A DNA stretch of 64,000 nt from Deltaproteobacteria bacterium (GTDB lineage: Bacteria; Myxococcota; Kuafuiibacteriia; Kuafuiibacteriales; Kuafuiibacteriaceae): assembly GCA_040218735.1 (NCBI GenBank), contig JAVJQW010000070.1, positions 160,001 through 224,000 on the forward strand, given 5' to 3'. A program made the translations under genes and the position numbers. Position 1 is the stretch's first letter. Every line of letters starts with the position of its first letter. A model generated the notes under the pieces. That model searched no databases and was not told where the DNA came from. It was given only the letters and a program-made list of their open reading frames with translations. Shown here piece after piece: positions 38,461 through 48,999 of the stretch.

Positions 38461-40719
38461 ATGAGCGAGTCCATCAACCTGATCCAGCGCGTCTACGAAG
38501 GCCTCGGCACCAAGCACGAGGCCGCCCGCAAGCACATCGGCCGGCCCCTGACCCTGGCCGAGAAGATCCTCACCGCCCACATGAAGGACCCTGCCGGCCA
38601 GGGCCCCCTCGAGCGCAAGAAGAGCTACGTCGATCTGTACCCGGACCGCGTCGCGATGCAGGACGCCACCGCCCAGATGGCGCTGCTCCAGTTCATGCAC
38701 GCCGGTATGGACCAGGCGGCCGTCCCGTCCACGGTCCACTGTGACCACCTCATCCAGGCCCACGTCGGCGCCGACAAGGACCTGCTCCGCGCGACCGACG
38801 AAAACAGCGAGGTCTACGACTTCCTCAAGACGGTCTCGGCCCGCTACGGCATCGGCTTCTGGAAGCCGGGCGCGGGCATCATCCACCAGGTCGTCCTCGA
38901 GAACTACGCGTTCCCGGGGGGCATGATGATCGGCACCGACTCCCACACCCCGAACGCCGGCGGCCTCGGCATGGTCGCGGTCGGCGTCGGCGGCGCGGAC
39001 GCGGTCGACGTCATGGTCGGCGACCCGTGGAACGTCCGCTGGCCGGGCGTCATCGGCGTGAAGCTGACCGGCAAGCTCTCCGGCTGGACCTCGCCGAAGG
39101 ACGTCATCCTCAAGCTCCTCGGCATCCTCACCGTGAAGGGCGGCACCGGGTCGATCGTCGAGTTCTTCGGCGACGGCTGCGCGTCGTTCTCCTGCACCGG
39201 CAAGGGCACGATCGCGAACATGGGCGCCGAGCACGGCGCGACCACGTCGGTCTTCCCGTTCGACGACTCCATGGCCCGCTACCTCCGCGCGACGAAGCGC
39301 GAGGACATCGCGGAGCTGGCCGAGAAACACGCCGCCGCGCTGCGCGCCGACGACGAGGTCTACGCGGACCCCGACCAGTACTACGACCGCGTCATCCACA
39401 TCGACCTCGACACCCTCGAGCCGCACCTCGTCGGGCCGCACACGCCGGACCTGGCGCGCCCGGTCTCGGGGATGAAGGACGCCGTGAAGAGCGAGGGCTA
39501 CCCGGACGACCTGCGCTACACGCTGATCGGCTCGTGCACGAACTCCTCGTACGAGGACATCGACCGCGCCGCGTCCATCGTGAAGCAGATGAACGCGGTC
39601 GGCGCGAAGATGAAGGCGCCCCTGATGGTGACGCCCGGCTCCGACCAGATCATGCAGACCATCGAGCGCGACGGTCTGATGAAGATCTTCGAGGACGCCG
39701 GCGCCACGGTCCTCGCGAACGCGTGCGGTCCGTGCATCGGACAGTGGAAGCGCGACGACATCGAGATGGGCGACCGCAACTCGATCGTCACCTCCTACAA
39801 CCGCAACTTCGCGGGGCGTAACGACGGGAACGCGGAGACGCTGTCCTTCATCGGCTCGCCGGAGACGACGGTGGCGATGGCGTACGGCGGCAAGCTCTCC
39901 TTCGACGCGGCGAACGACACCATCGACGTCGACGGCAAGGCCGTGAAGCTCCCGGTGCCGGAAGGCGCCGAGCTCCCGGCGAAGGGTTACGAGTTCCCGA
40001 TGGCCGGGTTCGAGGCCCCGCCCGCCGGCGGCGCGCCCGACGTGCAGGTGGATCCGAACAGCAACCGCATCCAGCTCCTCGAGCGGTTCGCCGCTTGGGA
40101 CGGCAAGGACCTCGAAGGCCTCCCGGTGCTGGTGAAGGCCGTCGGCAAGTGCACGACGGACCACATCTCGGCGGCGGGCAAGTGGCTCCGCTTCCGCGGG
40201 CACCTCGACAACATCTCCGACAACATGTTCCTCGGCGCGAACAACGCGTTCACCGACGAGCGCGGGACGGCGATGGACGTGCGTGACGGGACCGTCGACA
40301 AGGTCCCGGCGATCGCCCGCAAGTACAAAGCGGATGGCATCGGCTGGGTCGCGATCGGCGACGAGAACTACGGCGAGGGCTCGAGCCGCGAGCACGCGGC
40401 GATGTCGCCGCGGTTCCTCGGCGCCAAGGCGGTCATCGCCCGCTCGTTCGCGCGCATCCACGAGACGAACCTCAAGAAGCAGGGCGTCCTGCCGCTGACG
40501 TTCGCCGACCCGGCGGACTACGAGAAGATCGGCCCCAAGGACCGCATCAGCATCGAGGGGCTCGCGGACCTCGCGCCCGGGAAGAACGTGAAGGTCGTCG
40601 TCAAACACGAGGACGGCTCCACGGACACCTTCGAAGGCAAACACACGCTCTCGGAGCAGCACATCGCGTGGTTCAAAGCGGGCAGCGCGCTGAACCACAT
40701 CGCCAGCAACCAGGGCTGA
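38461..40719 (+). CDS. Aconitate hydratase, mitochondrial-type
   Basis: [73 protein letters not shown]. Confidence 0.93.
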   Translation: MSESINLIQRVYEGLGTKHEAARKHIGRPLTLAEKILTAHMKDPAGQGPLERKKSYVDLYPDRVAMQDATAQMALLQFMHAGMDQAAVPSTVHCDHLIQAHVGADKDLLRATDENSEVYDFLKTVSARYGIGFWKPGAGIIHQVVLENYAFPGGMMIGTDSHTPNAGGLGMVAVGVGGADAVDVMVGDPWNVRWPGVIGVKLTGKLSGWTSPKDVILKLLGILTVKGGTGSIVEFFGDGCASFSCTGKGTIANMGAEHGATTSVFPFDDSMARYLRATKREDIAELAEKHAAALRADDEVYADPDQYYDRVIHIDLDTLEPHLVGPHTPDLARPVSGMKDAVKSEGYPDDLRYTLIGSCTNSSYEDIDRAASIVKQMNAVGAKMKAPLMVTPGSDQIMQTIERDGLMKIFEDAGATVLANACGPCIGQWKRDDIEMGDRNSIVTSYNRNFAGRNDGNAETLSFIGSPETTVAMAYGGKLSFDAANDTIDVDGKAVKLPVPEGAELPAKGYEFPMAGFEAPPAGGAPDVQVDPNSNRIQLLERFAAWDGKDLEGLPVLVKAVGKCTTDHISAAGKWLRFRGHLDNISDNMFLGANNAFTDERGTAMDVRDGTVDKVPAIARKYKADGIGWVAIGDENYGEGSSREHAAMSPRFLGAKAVIARSFARIHETNLKKQGVLPLTFADPADYEKIGPKDRISIEGLADLAPGKNVKVVVKHEDGSTDTFEGKHTLSEQHIAWFKAGSALNHIASNQG

Positions 40720-40819
40720 CCGTCGTCGCCGCGCGGTGACGCTCCGTTACCGCGCGGTACCACTCGGCGGAGGCCATCAACGGCCTCGTCTTGGCACGCC
40801 GCTTTCAATGCGGGCGGCC

Positions 40820-41191
40820 ATGCTGAACAACCTCTCGATCTCCTCCCGCCTCACCCTCGCCGCCTCCGGGCTCGCGCTCGCGAACGTCGCGCTCCTGGCG
40901 GTGTTCGGGCTGCCGATGTGGCACCCGATGGCGCTGGTCACCCACCTCGTGGTGTCGACCCTCGCGATCTTCGCCATCGGTCTCGCGATCGAGGAGGACA
41001 AGGCGTTCTACTGGATCATGAGCTACCCGACGCTCGCGGTCGGCCTCGCGACCGGCGCCTACTTCGCGCCGTACCTGAGTGGCAGCATCGCGACGTTCCT
41101 GCTCGTGGTCGCCGGCCTGTCCGTCGCGGCGGCGGCGCTCTCGGGGCGTCGCACCGCGGAGCGCACGCACACCGTCCACGCGCACGCCTGA
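40820..41191 (+). CDS. Small integral membrane protein (about 4 TM)
   Basis: Four hydrophobic segments; GC3 bias. Confidence 0.65.
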   Translation: MLNNLSISSRLTLAASGLALANVALLAVFGLPMWHPMALVTHLVVSTLAIFAIGLAIEEDKAFYWIMSYPTLAVGLATGAYFAPYLSGSIATFLLVVAGLSVAAAALSGRRTAERTHTVHAHA

Positions 41192-41194
41192 CGC

Positions 41195-42820
41195 TCAACC
41201 CTTGCGCTGGGCCTCACGCCAGCCGCTGAGCAGATCGGCGTGCAGGAGGGGCCCAGCCTCGCGGTCGAACGCGTAGGCCTCCATCACGATCTTCGGCGTG
41301 GTGTGCCCCTCGTCGAGCCGCAGCTTCGGCGCGACGCCGAGCACGGACCACGGTGAGCTCGACGCGAGCTCGCGCGCGAGGTCGAGCGCCTCGACGGCGT
41401 CGAGGGTCTCCGGCAGCTCGAGCGTGAGCGCCACGGCATGTGCGGTGCGCCGCCCGCCGCGGCGGACGTCCGTCGCGCCGCTCACGTGCCGGTAGGGGAC
41501 GCGCACCACGTGGCCGTCGTCGGTCTCGAGCTCCAGCACTCGCGTCCGGAAGTTTCGCACCTGCCCGGCGGCGTCGCCCACGCTGACGTGGTCGCCCACG
41601 GTGAACGGGCGCTCCGCGGAGATCATCAAGCCCGCGATGACGTCCTTGATCGCGCCCCACGACAGCGCGATCAGCGCGAGCACGACGAGGCCCGCGAGGC
41701 CCGCCGTCACGGTGCTCTCGGTCTGCGAGAGGCGGGTGAAGAGCCACACGCCGATCGCCGCCCAGCCCGTCGCCTCGACGAACACCCACAGCCGGCTCAA
41801 CACCAGCGCGAGCTGATGGTTCGCGCGCGCCATACGCCGCACGACGAGCGCGGCGATCCTGAAGACGATGAACGCAAACAGCAGGACGCGCAGGAACGAC
41901 CACTGGGCCTTCACGATTCGGGCGATGAGATCGCGGAGGCCCTCCTCCTGAGGCTCTGTCGGAGCCTCGCGCGGCGGCGGACCGACGAACGCCTCGCGCG
42001 CCCCGCCGTCGCGGACACCCGCGTCCGGGGGATCCGATTCGGCGGGCTCGGGGTCCTTCTTGGCGACGGCGACCTTGTCCCGCTTGGTGCGCGAGCGTGC
42101 CGGCCCCGCCGGGCGAGCGAGCTTGGGGCCCATCGTCGGCGGCGGGGGCACCGCGGACATCGGCGGACCGACGAAGGCGTCGATGTCGACCGGAGTCCCG
42201 CCGTCGCGGGCAGGCCCTGCGCGAAGGGCGCCGGAGGCGCTCGCGTCGTCCCCGGCGGTCGTGTCCGTCCAGGCCTTGCCGTCCGGCGCTCCTGGCGCGG
42301 CACGCGTGGGGCCAGCACCGTCGTTCGGCGGTGACGCATCCCCGTCGGCGTCGGCGCCGCGCGGAGCGCTCCCCTGCTCCCCGTCCGAGGCGCGCGGTGC
42401 GGTTTTGGCGGAGGGCGGCTGGTCCCCGTCGGTCGCGCCCCCCTCGCCTTCGCGAGGTGTGCCCTTCGCGGCGGGCGGCGTGTCGGAGGCGTCTCCCTCG
42501 GCGTCGCGCGAGGTGGCCTTGGCGGAGGGCGGCGCGTCGGAGGCGCCACCCTCGGCGTCGCGCGGTGTGGCCTTGCCGGAGGGCGGCGCGTCGGAGGCGC
42601 CCCCCTCGGCATCGCGCGGCGTGGGCGGCGTGTCCCCGTCGGCCTTCGGCGCGGAGCGCGCAGCCCCACCGCCGTCGCGGTCCGCGGGTGCTTCCTTCTT
42701 CGCGCGTGGACCGGCGGGAGGCGCGACCGAACCACCGTCGCGCGCGCCGCCGTCGGAGGGCTGCGCGTTCGCCGGAGCGGCGACGGCCCACAGCGCCACC
42801 ACGATCCACCACGCCCTCAC
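41195..42820 (-). CDS. MscS-family mechanosensitive channel with signal peptide and long low-complexity N-terminal extension
   Basis: GTG overlaps the upstream TGA; MRAWWIVVALWAVAAPANA signal; 3 TM then 'DVIAGLMISAERPFTVGDHVSVGDAAGQV...DGHVVRVPY' MscS signature. Confidence 0.8.
   Translation of the reverse strand: MRAWWIVVALWAVAAPANAQPSDGGARDGGSVAPPAGPRAKKEAPADRDGGGAARSAPKADGDTPPTPRDAEGGASDAPPSGKATPRDAEGGASDAPPSAKATSRDAEGDASDTPPAAKGTPREGEGGATDGDQPPSAKTAPRASDGEQGSAPRGADADGDASPPNDGAGPTRAAPGAPDGKAWTDTTAGDDASASGALRAGPARDGGTPVDIDAFVGPPMSAVPPPPTMGPKLARPAGPARSRTKRDKVAVAKKDPEPAESDPPDAGVRDGGAREAFVGPPPREAPTEPQEEGLRDLIARIVKAQWSFLRVLLFAFIVFRIAALVVRRMARANHQLALVLSRLWVFVEATGWAAIGVWLFTRLSQTESTVTAGLAGLVVLALIALSWGAIKDVIAGLMISAERPFTVGDHVSVGDAAGQVRNFRTRVLELETDDGHVVRVPYRHVSGATDVRRGGRRTAHAVALTLELPETLDAVEALDLARELASSSPWSVLGVAPKLRLDEGHTTPKIVMEAYAFDREAGPLLHADLLSGWREAQRKG
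42441..42620. repeat. 54-bp tandem repeat (3-4 copies) encoding TPRDAEGGASDAPPSxKA
   Basis: CCCTCG anchors at 42441, 42495, 42549 and 42603. Confidence 0.8.
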
Positions 42821-45800
42821 GCCAGCACCCCACGGTTCGCGAGCGCTTCGAGCACGAGCGGCTGCAGCAGCGGGTCGATCGACCACGCGCCGTTTTTGTC
42901 CGAGGCGAGCAGGCCCGCGCGTTCGAGATCGCCGAGGAGCCCCATCGCCTCCTCGCGCCCCACCCGGCAGATGCGCGCCATGCGCTGCGCCGTCACGGAG
43001 CGATGCAACATCACGTTCGCCAGCGCGGCGTACCACTTGAGCGGGAGCCGCATCAGGACGGAAGCGTCGGGCGCGGGCCGCACGGAGAGCGTCACCTGCC
43101 GCTCGCCCACGCTGACGATCGAGCGGCGCCACAGATCGATCGCGTCGCCGACGTTGCCGCGCGCGCGATCGTAGAGCGCCGTGAGGTGTCGGCGGTCCTC
43201 GAGCGAACGCACCGCCGAGAAGCGGCGGCGCTCGAAGTTGAGATCGAAGTCACTCGTCCGCTGCCGTAGCGAGAGCATCTCGATCATCTGCCGCTTCGCG
43301 AGCGGACGCAGGAACGCCGCACCGAGGAAGCTCCCCTGCAGCTGCAACAGCTCGTCGGCGTAGCGCCACGCGACGTCCGTCGAGGTGAGCAGGAAGAGGT
43401 GCCGATCCCCGAGGCGACGGAAGAGCTTCATCCACTGCTGCAGGGCCGCCAGGCCGCCGGGGGCGCGCTCGATCCATCGCCCGAGGTCGTCGATCAGCAC
43501 GACCGCGCCCGGCGGCAGCGCACGCAGGGCGCCCTCCGCGCTCTGGCCTTCACGCGCCTGCAGCGCCGACGTCACCGCTTCGTTCACCGCGTCCGGCGAC
43601 GCCGTACCTCCGGCGGGTGCGTTCACGCGCACTACGGTGGCCTCCGGGAGGAGCTCGCGCGCGACGATGTTCGCCATCGATGTCCGCCCGGAGCGCGGCG
43701 CACCGACGATCGCGATCGGGCCCGACGCGGTACCGCCCCAGCGTTCGACCATCTGCGTGACGCGCGCGATCTCCATCCGGCGGCCCACGAGCAGATCCGA
43801 CGTTTCGAGCGCAGCCCGCCCGAACAGGCGGCGGTAGATCAGCGGCAAGCTCGCTTGCACTTCGCTCTGCGGCGTGAGCGCCTCGCGCAGCTCGAGGAGC
43901 TCGTCGAGGAGCGTCCCGTCCGAAGTGCCCTTCACCCCGCGAACGCGACGCTGCGCGATTTCGTCGACCTTTCGCTCCACCCGCCCGCGGGCGCGCTCGA
44001 ACGCACGCGAGGCGCCGCGGACGATCGACTCACTCGGAATCTGCACACGCCCGGGCGACGACACCGCCGACGACCCCGCGCCGATAACGGCGTCCCGCGC
44101 GCCCTCCAGCGACCGCGCGGCGTCTTCGAGCAACCCGGCGCGCAGCGACACGACGTAGCCCTCGATGTCCTTGCGGGCCGCGGCGAGGCGCCCGAGGCGG
44201 TCCTCGACCACGCCACCGAGCGCGAGCGGGCCCGCGGCGTCCGGATCTTCGTCCTGCGAGGTCGCCGCTTGCTCCAGCTCGAACGCGACGAGGCGGACGC
44301 CGTCCACGAGCGCCTCTTGCGCGTCACGCACGCGGCGCGGCAGCTGATCGATCAACACGCGCGCCGGCTCGGCGAGCTGCTTTTCGACGAACACCTGCGC
44401 GAGGCGCCGCACCGGGTAGACGAGCTTCTCCCGCTCCGGGTTGCCCTCGGCGGCGGCGTCGAGGGCGCGTTCGGTCGAGGTCGTCACCTGCGACGGGAGC
44501 TTCTCGGCGGCGCGCGCGAGCGACGCGAGGAGGTTGTCGAACAACTCACGCGGCTCGGGGCGGTAGCGCTGCTCCCAGGTCGACCGCAGCTCGTCGGCCG
44601 CCGCGAGGAACGCCGCTTCGAAGTCGGGGCCCTCCTCCGCCTCGGCCTCGGCGGGCGCCTCGGGCTCGGCCGGCTCCGCGGGCGTCGACTCGGAGACCTC
44701 CTCCGCCTGCTCGCGGAGCTCGATCACCCGCTGCATGATCGCCTCGGCGCTCTCGATGGCGGCGATGGGCCCCTGCTCCAGCTCGCGCCGAACGCGCTGG
44801 AACAGCTGGTAGAGCGCGCGCCGTGAATCGATCGTCAGCGACGCGACGAGCAGATCGAGCTCCAGAGCCGAGACGATCGCGTCGTGCTGCTGCCGCCACA
44901 ACGCCGGGAGCTCGTCGAGCGCCTGCGCCGCCTTGCGGGACTGCCGCTGCTCCTTCGACGGCGACCACTCGGCCGCCTGTTCGACGATGTCTTCGCGCTC
45001 GAGCGCAGCGACGACCCGCTGCGCCGTTCGCGCCACAAGCAGGCGCGCGGAGCGGAACGACGCCTCGTTCGAGGACTCGAAGCGCTCCTTCACCCCCTCC
45101 GCCACGTCGAGGAGCGAGATCAGCTCCCGCGCGACGAGGTCCGAGAACGCCGCGACGTCGAGGGTCGACGACGGGTCGCTGTCGAGCTCCGCGAGCAGGT
45201 TCGCGAAGAACCGATCCGTGTCGTACGCGAGCCGACGAACGCGTCGAATGGCGTCGAAGCGGCGAACGCCGACCTGTCGCACCGCCTGATCGAGGTGCGC
45301 GAGGAACGGCGGCCCGAGGTGGTGCAAGGCAACTTGCCGCGCCGGGACGCGGCGCGGTGGCGGCCGTCGGTGCAGCCAGCGAATGCCGAGGCGCACGCGG
45401 AGCTTCTCCAGCCGTACGCCGAAGCGGTCGTTCGGTCGCGACTCCCAGTCGGCGGCGTCGGTCGGGACGAGCACCCACTCCGGCACCTCCTGCACCGCCG
45501 CCCACACGTCGCTCCGGAGCCGGTTGATTCCGTCGCGCGTCCGCTTCGGCCACGGGGGCTCGCGCCCGCCTACCCCGTCGCGCAGGGGGCGAATGCGTTC
45601 CATCGCCGACGTCGCGAAGCGGCTCTTCGCCCAGTCGACGAGACCGCGCGCCGCCTCTCGCCGACCGCCGCGACGGGCGAGCCGTCGCTCGAGCTGCGTG
45701 ATCTGCCGGACCTCGCGTGCCACCGCGTCGATGGCGACGTTCTCCTCGCGCATCGACGGCACCTGCACGCTGGTGTGGAAGCGCTCCGTCGCCTCGGTGA

Positions 45801-48099
45801 GCTGCTGCACCAAACGCCGCGTCACGGACTCCAGCTCGGGGATGGCGGGGGCGGCGACGTCGAGGATGTCGAACGTGTCCGTGTGCTCCTTCACGGCCGT
45901 CGCCTTCTCGAAGATGACCGGCGCCTCGGAGAAGATCTTCGCGGGGCGTACCAAGAGCGCGGTCCCGAGCGGCGCGAGCACGGCGTCGTTGCGCTGCACG
46001 AAGCCCTCGTCGTCGGTCGCCTCGAGCGCGTGCACCATGACGAGGTCCGCGAACTGCGACTCCTGGCGAATGCGGTCGGCGAGCGAGCCCTCCTCGGAGA
46101 GCGGCGCGAGCAGGACGGCCTCGGCCGTGACCCGTGCGTCCTCGATCATCGCTTCGAGCCGCTTCTTGGCGTCCGCCTCGTCGGCGCCGCGGCGGCCGTT
46201 CACGAGGATGCGCAGCTTCGAGTGTTTCCACTGCGCGCTGGTGAGGATCATGTGGGCGAGCGTCAGCATCAGCGGCCCGGTCGGGGCCTCGCCGTCCCAC
46301 CAGATGTCGATGCGCTCCCGTTTGCCGAAGCCGCGCGCGTCGTCGAGGCGGAGCATCAACACGCTGATGTCGAGCTCCAGCAGCCGCGTCGTCATGTCGG
46401 CGTACTCGATGCGGTGCCCCGCCTCGCGCGGCCACCCGAGGAGCACGACGTTCGACTCCATCCCTGCGAGCCCGAAGCTCGAGACCAGGTTCGGGATCGC
46501 GGTGTACGGGTTGTCGCAACCCTGCGAGCGCGCGAACAAGCCGGGGTACTCGGCCTCCAGCGCGGAGTCGACGCGCGCCTTCCGCGGCGCGCCCGGCACG
46601 AGGTCGAAGTGCGTGAGGATCCCGCGGTCGCCGACGATCGACTGGCCGAAGCGAATCATGTCGCGCCGACGCCGCCCGCGCGACAACAGGATCATGTTCG
46701 GACGCCAGTTGCGCGTGGCCGCGGTGGTGTCGGACTGCCTCAACCGCAAGAGCCCAGCGCGCACGACGGCCGACCACACGCCGCCCCACGTGTCACCCGA
46801 CTGCAAGACGAGTTGACGGCGCTTCAGGACCAAATAGATGAGGCCCATAATCACGATCGCGCCGAACATCGCGAGCGCGTTGATCTGGAACATCACCATG
46901 AAGCAGGCGACGGCGCCGAGCAGACTCACCCAGATCGGCACGCGGAACTGCGGGCGGAAGTCCGGCGACGCCCACCGCTCGAGTCCGCAGGCGAGGCACA
47001 AGAAGCCGTAGCAAGTGAGGAAGAACATCGAGATGATCGAGCCGACCAGCTCGAGCTCACCGACGAGGATGCCCGCCTCCGCGATCAGGATCGTGACGAC
47101 CAGCGCGACGCGCGGCTCCTCCCGCCCACGACCGAGGAACCGCGGGACGATGCCGTCGAACGCGAGCGCCTGGAGCGTCCGGGGCGCGCCAAGGATGCTG
47201 CCGAGCGCGCTGGAGAGCGTGGCGGCGAAGACCCCCGCGGTGACGAGGTGCGGCGACAGCGAGGTCCGCAGCAGGATGTTGTTGTCCTGCTGGAGCTGCT
47301 CGATCGTCGCCATGTCCGACAGGAGGAACGGCAGCCCGAGGTAGATGACCAAGCCGGTGACGATCGCGGCCATCGTGCCGATCGGGATCGCGCGCTTGGG
47401 ATCCTTGAGGTCCCCGGACATCCCGACGCCCGCCGTGAACCCGGTGACCGCCGGAAAGAACACCGCGAACACCGCCGCAAAAGCCGGCGCATTCGCAGGG
47501 GGCGTCAGCGCGACCGCGGTCTCCCCCGCGATCGCCGGGACGCCGGAACCCGCGACGATCGAGACCAACGACAGGACGATCGCCCCGAGCACGAACAGCT
47601 GCGACTTCAGCGCGATCGAAGTGCTGTAGAGCGTGAGGAGCGCCATCAGCACCAACGCGACGCTGCCGATGACGCGCAGGTTGTTCGTGTAGCCGTCGAC
47701 CGGCGTGAAGCCCGTCGCCGCGATGAACGCCTCCGCGAAACCGATGAGGTACAGACTCACACCGAGCGCGAGCGCGACGTACAGCGCCAGCCCGATCGCA
47801 CCGCCGATCGACAGGCCGAGCGAACGCGAGATGATGTAGTAGTTACCGCCCGTCTTGACGGTGTGGTTGGTCGCGATGGACGCGACCGAGAGCCCGGTCG
47901 TCACGCTGATCACGTGGGCGAGGAGCACCACGCCGATCGCTCCGCCGAGGCCGGCGTTGCCGACGACCCAGCCGAAGCGCTGGTACATGATCACGCCGAG
48001 GATCGTCAGGATGGACGGCGTGTAGACGCCGAGGAACGTCCCGAACTTGGCCTGTGAGGTCGCCTCGGCGGGCGTCGCTTCGACGGCGAGATCCTGCAC
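42817..48099 (-). CDS. Cation-chloride cotransporter (SLC12/CCC, APC superfamily) fused to a helical region and a C-terminal P-loop NTPase
   Basis: FGTFLGVYTPSILTILGVIMY, GGNYYIISRSLG, FFPAVTGFTAGVGMSGDL, NWRPN; Walker A-like GAPRSGRT and Walker B-like VLIDD near the C-terminus. Confidence 0.85.
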   Translation of the reverse strand: MQDLAVEATPAEATSQAKFGTFLGVYTPSILTILGVIMYQRFGWVVGNAGLGGAIGVVLLAHVISVTTGLSVASIATNHTVKTGGNYYIISRSLGLSIGGAIGLALYVALALGVSLYLIGFAEAFIAATGFTPVDGYTNNLRVIGSVALVLMALLTLYSTSIALKSQLFVLGAIVLSLVSIVAGSGVPAIAGETAVALTPPANAPAFAAVFAVFFPAVTGFTAGVGMSGDLKDPKRAIPIGTMAAIVTGLVIYLGLPFLLSDMATIEQLQQDNNILLRTSLSPHLVTAGVFAATLSSALGSILGAPRTLQALAFDGIVPRFLGRGREEPRVALVVTILIAEAGILVGELELVGSIISMFFLTCYGFLCLACGLERWASPDFRPQFRVPIWVSLLGAVACFMVMFQINALAMFGAIVIMGLIYLVLKRRQLVLQSGDTWGGVWSAVVRAGLLRLRQSDTTAATRNWRPNMILLSRGRRRRDMIRFGQSIVGDRGILTHFDLVPGAPRKARVDSALEAEYPGLFARSQGCDNPYTAIPNLVSSFGLAGMESNVVLLGWPREAGHRIEYADMTTRLLELDISVLMLRLDDARGFGKRERIDIWWDGEAPTGPLMLTLAHMILTSAQWKHSKLRILVNGRRGADEADAKKRLEAMIEDARVTAEAVLLAPLSEEGSLADRIRQESQFADLVMVHALEATDDEGFVQRNDAVLAPLGTALLVRPAKIFSEAPVIFEKATAVKEHTDTFDILDVAAPAIPELESVTRRLVQQLTEATERFHTSVQVPSMREENVAIDAVAREVRQITQLERRLARRGGRREAARGLVDWAKSRFATSAMERIRPLRDGVGGREPPWPKRTRDGINRLRSDVWAAVQEVPEWVLVPTDAADWESRPNDRFGVRLEKLRVRLGIRWLHRRPPPRRVPARQVALHHLGPPFLAHLDQAVRQVGVRRFDAIRRVRRLAYDTDRFFANLLAELDSDPSSTLDVAAFSDLVARELISLLDVAEGVKERFESSNEASFRSARLLVARTAQRVVAALEREDIVEQAAEWSPSKEQRQSRKAAQALDELPALWRQQHDAIVSALELDLLVASLTIDSRRALYQLFQRVRRELEQGPIAAIESAEAIMQRVIELREQAEEVSESTPAEPAEPEAPAEAEAEEGPDFEAAFLAAADELRSTWEQRYRPEPRELFDNLLASLARAAEKLPSQVTTSTERALDAAAEGNPEREKLVYPVRRLAQVFVEKQLAEPARVLIDQLPRRVRDAQEALVDGVRLVAFELEQAATSQDEDPDAAGPLALGGVVEDRLGRLAAARKDIEGYVVSLRAGLLEDAARSLEGARDAVIGAGSSAVSSPGRVQIPSESIVRGASRAFERARGRVERKVDEIAQRRVRGVKGTSDGTLLDELLELREALTPQSEVQASLPLIYRRLFGRAALETSDLLVGRRMEIARVTQMVERWGGTASGPIAIVGAPRSGRTSMANIVARELLPEATVVRVNAPAGGTASPDAVNEAVTSALQAREGQSAEGALRALPPGAVVLIDDLGRWIERAPGGLAALQQWMKLFRRLGDRHLFLLTSTDVAWRYADELLQLQGSFLGAAFLRPLAKRQMIEMLSLRQRTSDFDLNFERRRFSAVRSLEDRRHLTALYDRARGNVGDAIDLWRRSIVSVGERQVTLSVRPAPDASVLMRLPLKWYAALANVMLHRSVTAQRMARICRVGREEAMGLLGDLERAGLLASDKNGAWSIDPLLQPLVLEALANRGVLA

Positions 48100-48123
48100 G
48101 TGGGGGGTCCGCGGACCGGCGTA

Positions 48124-48945
48124 TCACCGCCAGTCGTTCTCGCCTTCGTCCACGACGCCGGGCGTATCGAGGACGATGCGCGGCATGTCGCAGCCGCGGA
48201 TGGTGATGTTCGGGACGTGGGCCGGATCGACGACGAGCGGGAGCCCCAGCGGGACGTCCTCCAGCCGCACGCGCTCGAACGCGAGTGAGGCCGGCTGCTC
48301 CGCGCGGCTGTCGACGTACAGCGCCTGCCCGCCCTGCGCCGCCGACGCGCGCGCCTTTCGGATCGTGACCCCGACGAGGCGGACCTCGGCGCCGGGTTTC
48401 AGGAAGAACGCCCCTCCCCGGGCGGCTTCGGTGTCCTCGACTTGGCTGTCCTCGAGCAGCAACGTCGCACCCGCGCCGACGCCGACGCCGCCGCCCTCGT
48501 CCGCGAAGGCGTGCCCGACGCGGAGGCGGTGCGCTTCGACGTTCCCGCCGTGCACGGTGAGCGCGCCGCCGAACGTCGAGCGCGCGTTCTGGACGTGGAC
48601 GTTGTGGAGCCGAACGTCGCCCGCGCGGACCTCGACGCCCTCGCCGCCCTCGATCGCCAAGGAGGACAGCTCGACGGCCCCGTCCACCTCGATCGAGACG
48701 GCGCCCTCGCCCAGCTCGATGCGCGTCAGATCGCCCGCGCCGCGTAAGGCACACGCGCGACGAATCGCGACCGGACCGTCGTAGCGGCCCGGCGCAATCT
48801 CCAGCACCGCGCCGATCGGCAGCTCGTCGAGGGTCTCGCCCAGCGAACGACCGGAGTCGTCCGGAAAGCGCAGGACGGATGTTTGCGATGCCTCGCTCAC
48901 AGGGACGCGGGTGCCACGGTGGCACGACTTGGGGGTCCGTTCCAC
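48124..48945 (-). CDS. Right-handed beta-helix (pectin-lyase-like fold) protein
   Basis: 'GAVLEIAPGRYDGPVAI' plus repeated GGA/GGG beta-helix turns; start uncertain. Confidence 0.65.
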   Translation of the reverse strand: MERTPKSCHRGTRVPVSEASQTSVLRFPDDSGRSLGETLDELPIGAVLEIAPGRYDGPVAIRRACALRGAGDLTRIELGEGAVSIEVDGAVELSSLAIEGGEGVEVRAGDVRLHNVHVQNARSTFGGALTVHGGNVEAHRLRVGHAFADEGGGVGVGAGATLLLEDSQVEDTEAARGGAFFLKPGAEVRLVGVTIRKARASAAQGGQALYVDSRAEQPASLAFERVRLEDVPLGLPLVVDPAHVPNITIRGCDMPRIVLDTPGVVDEGENDWR

Positions 48946-48999
48946 TCGGCGACCGCCTCTCGAGCGCGGCCCGAATCTTCGGCCCGAAGGCCCCCTCGT

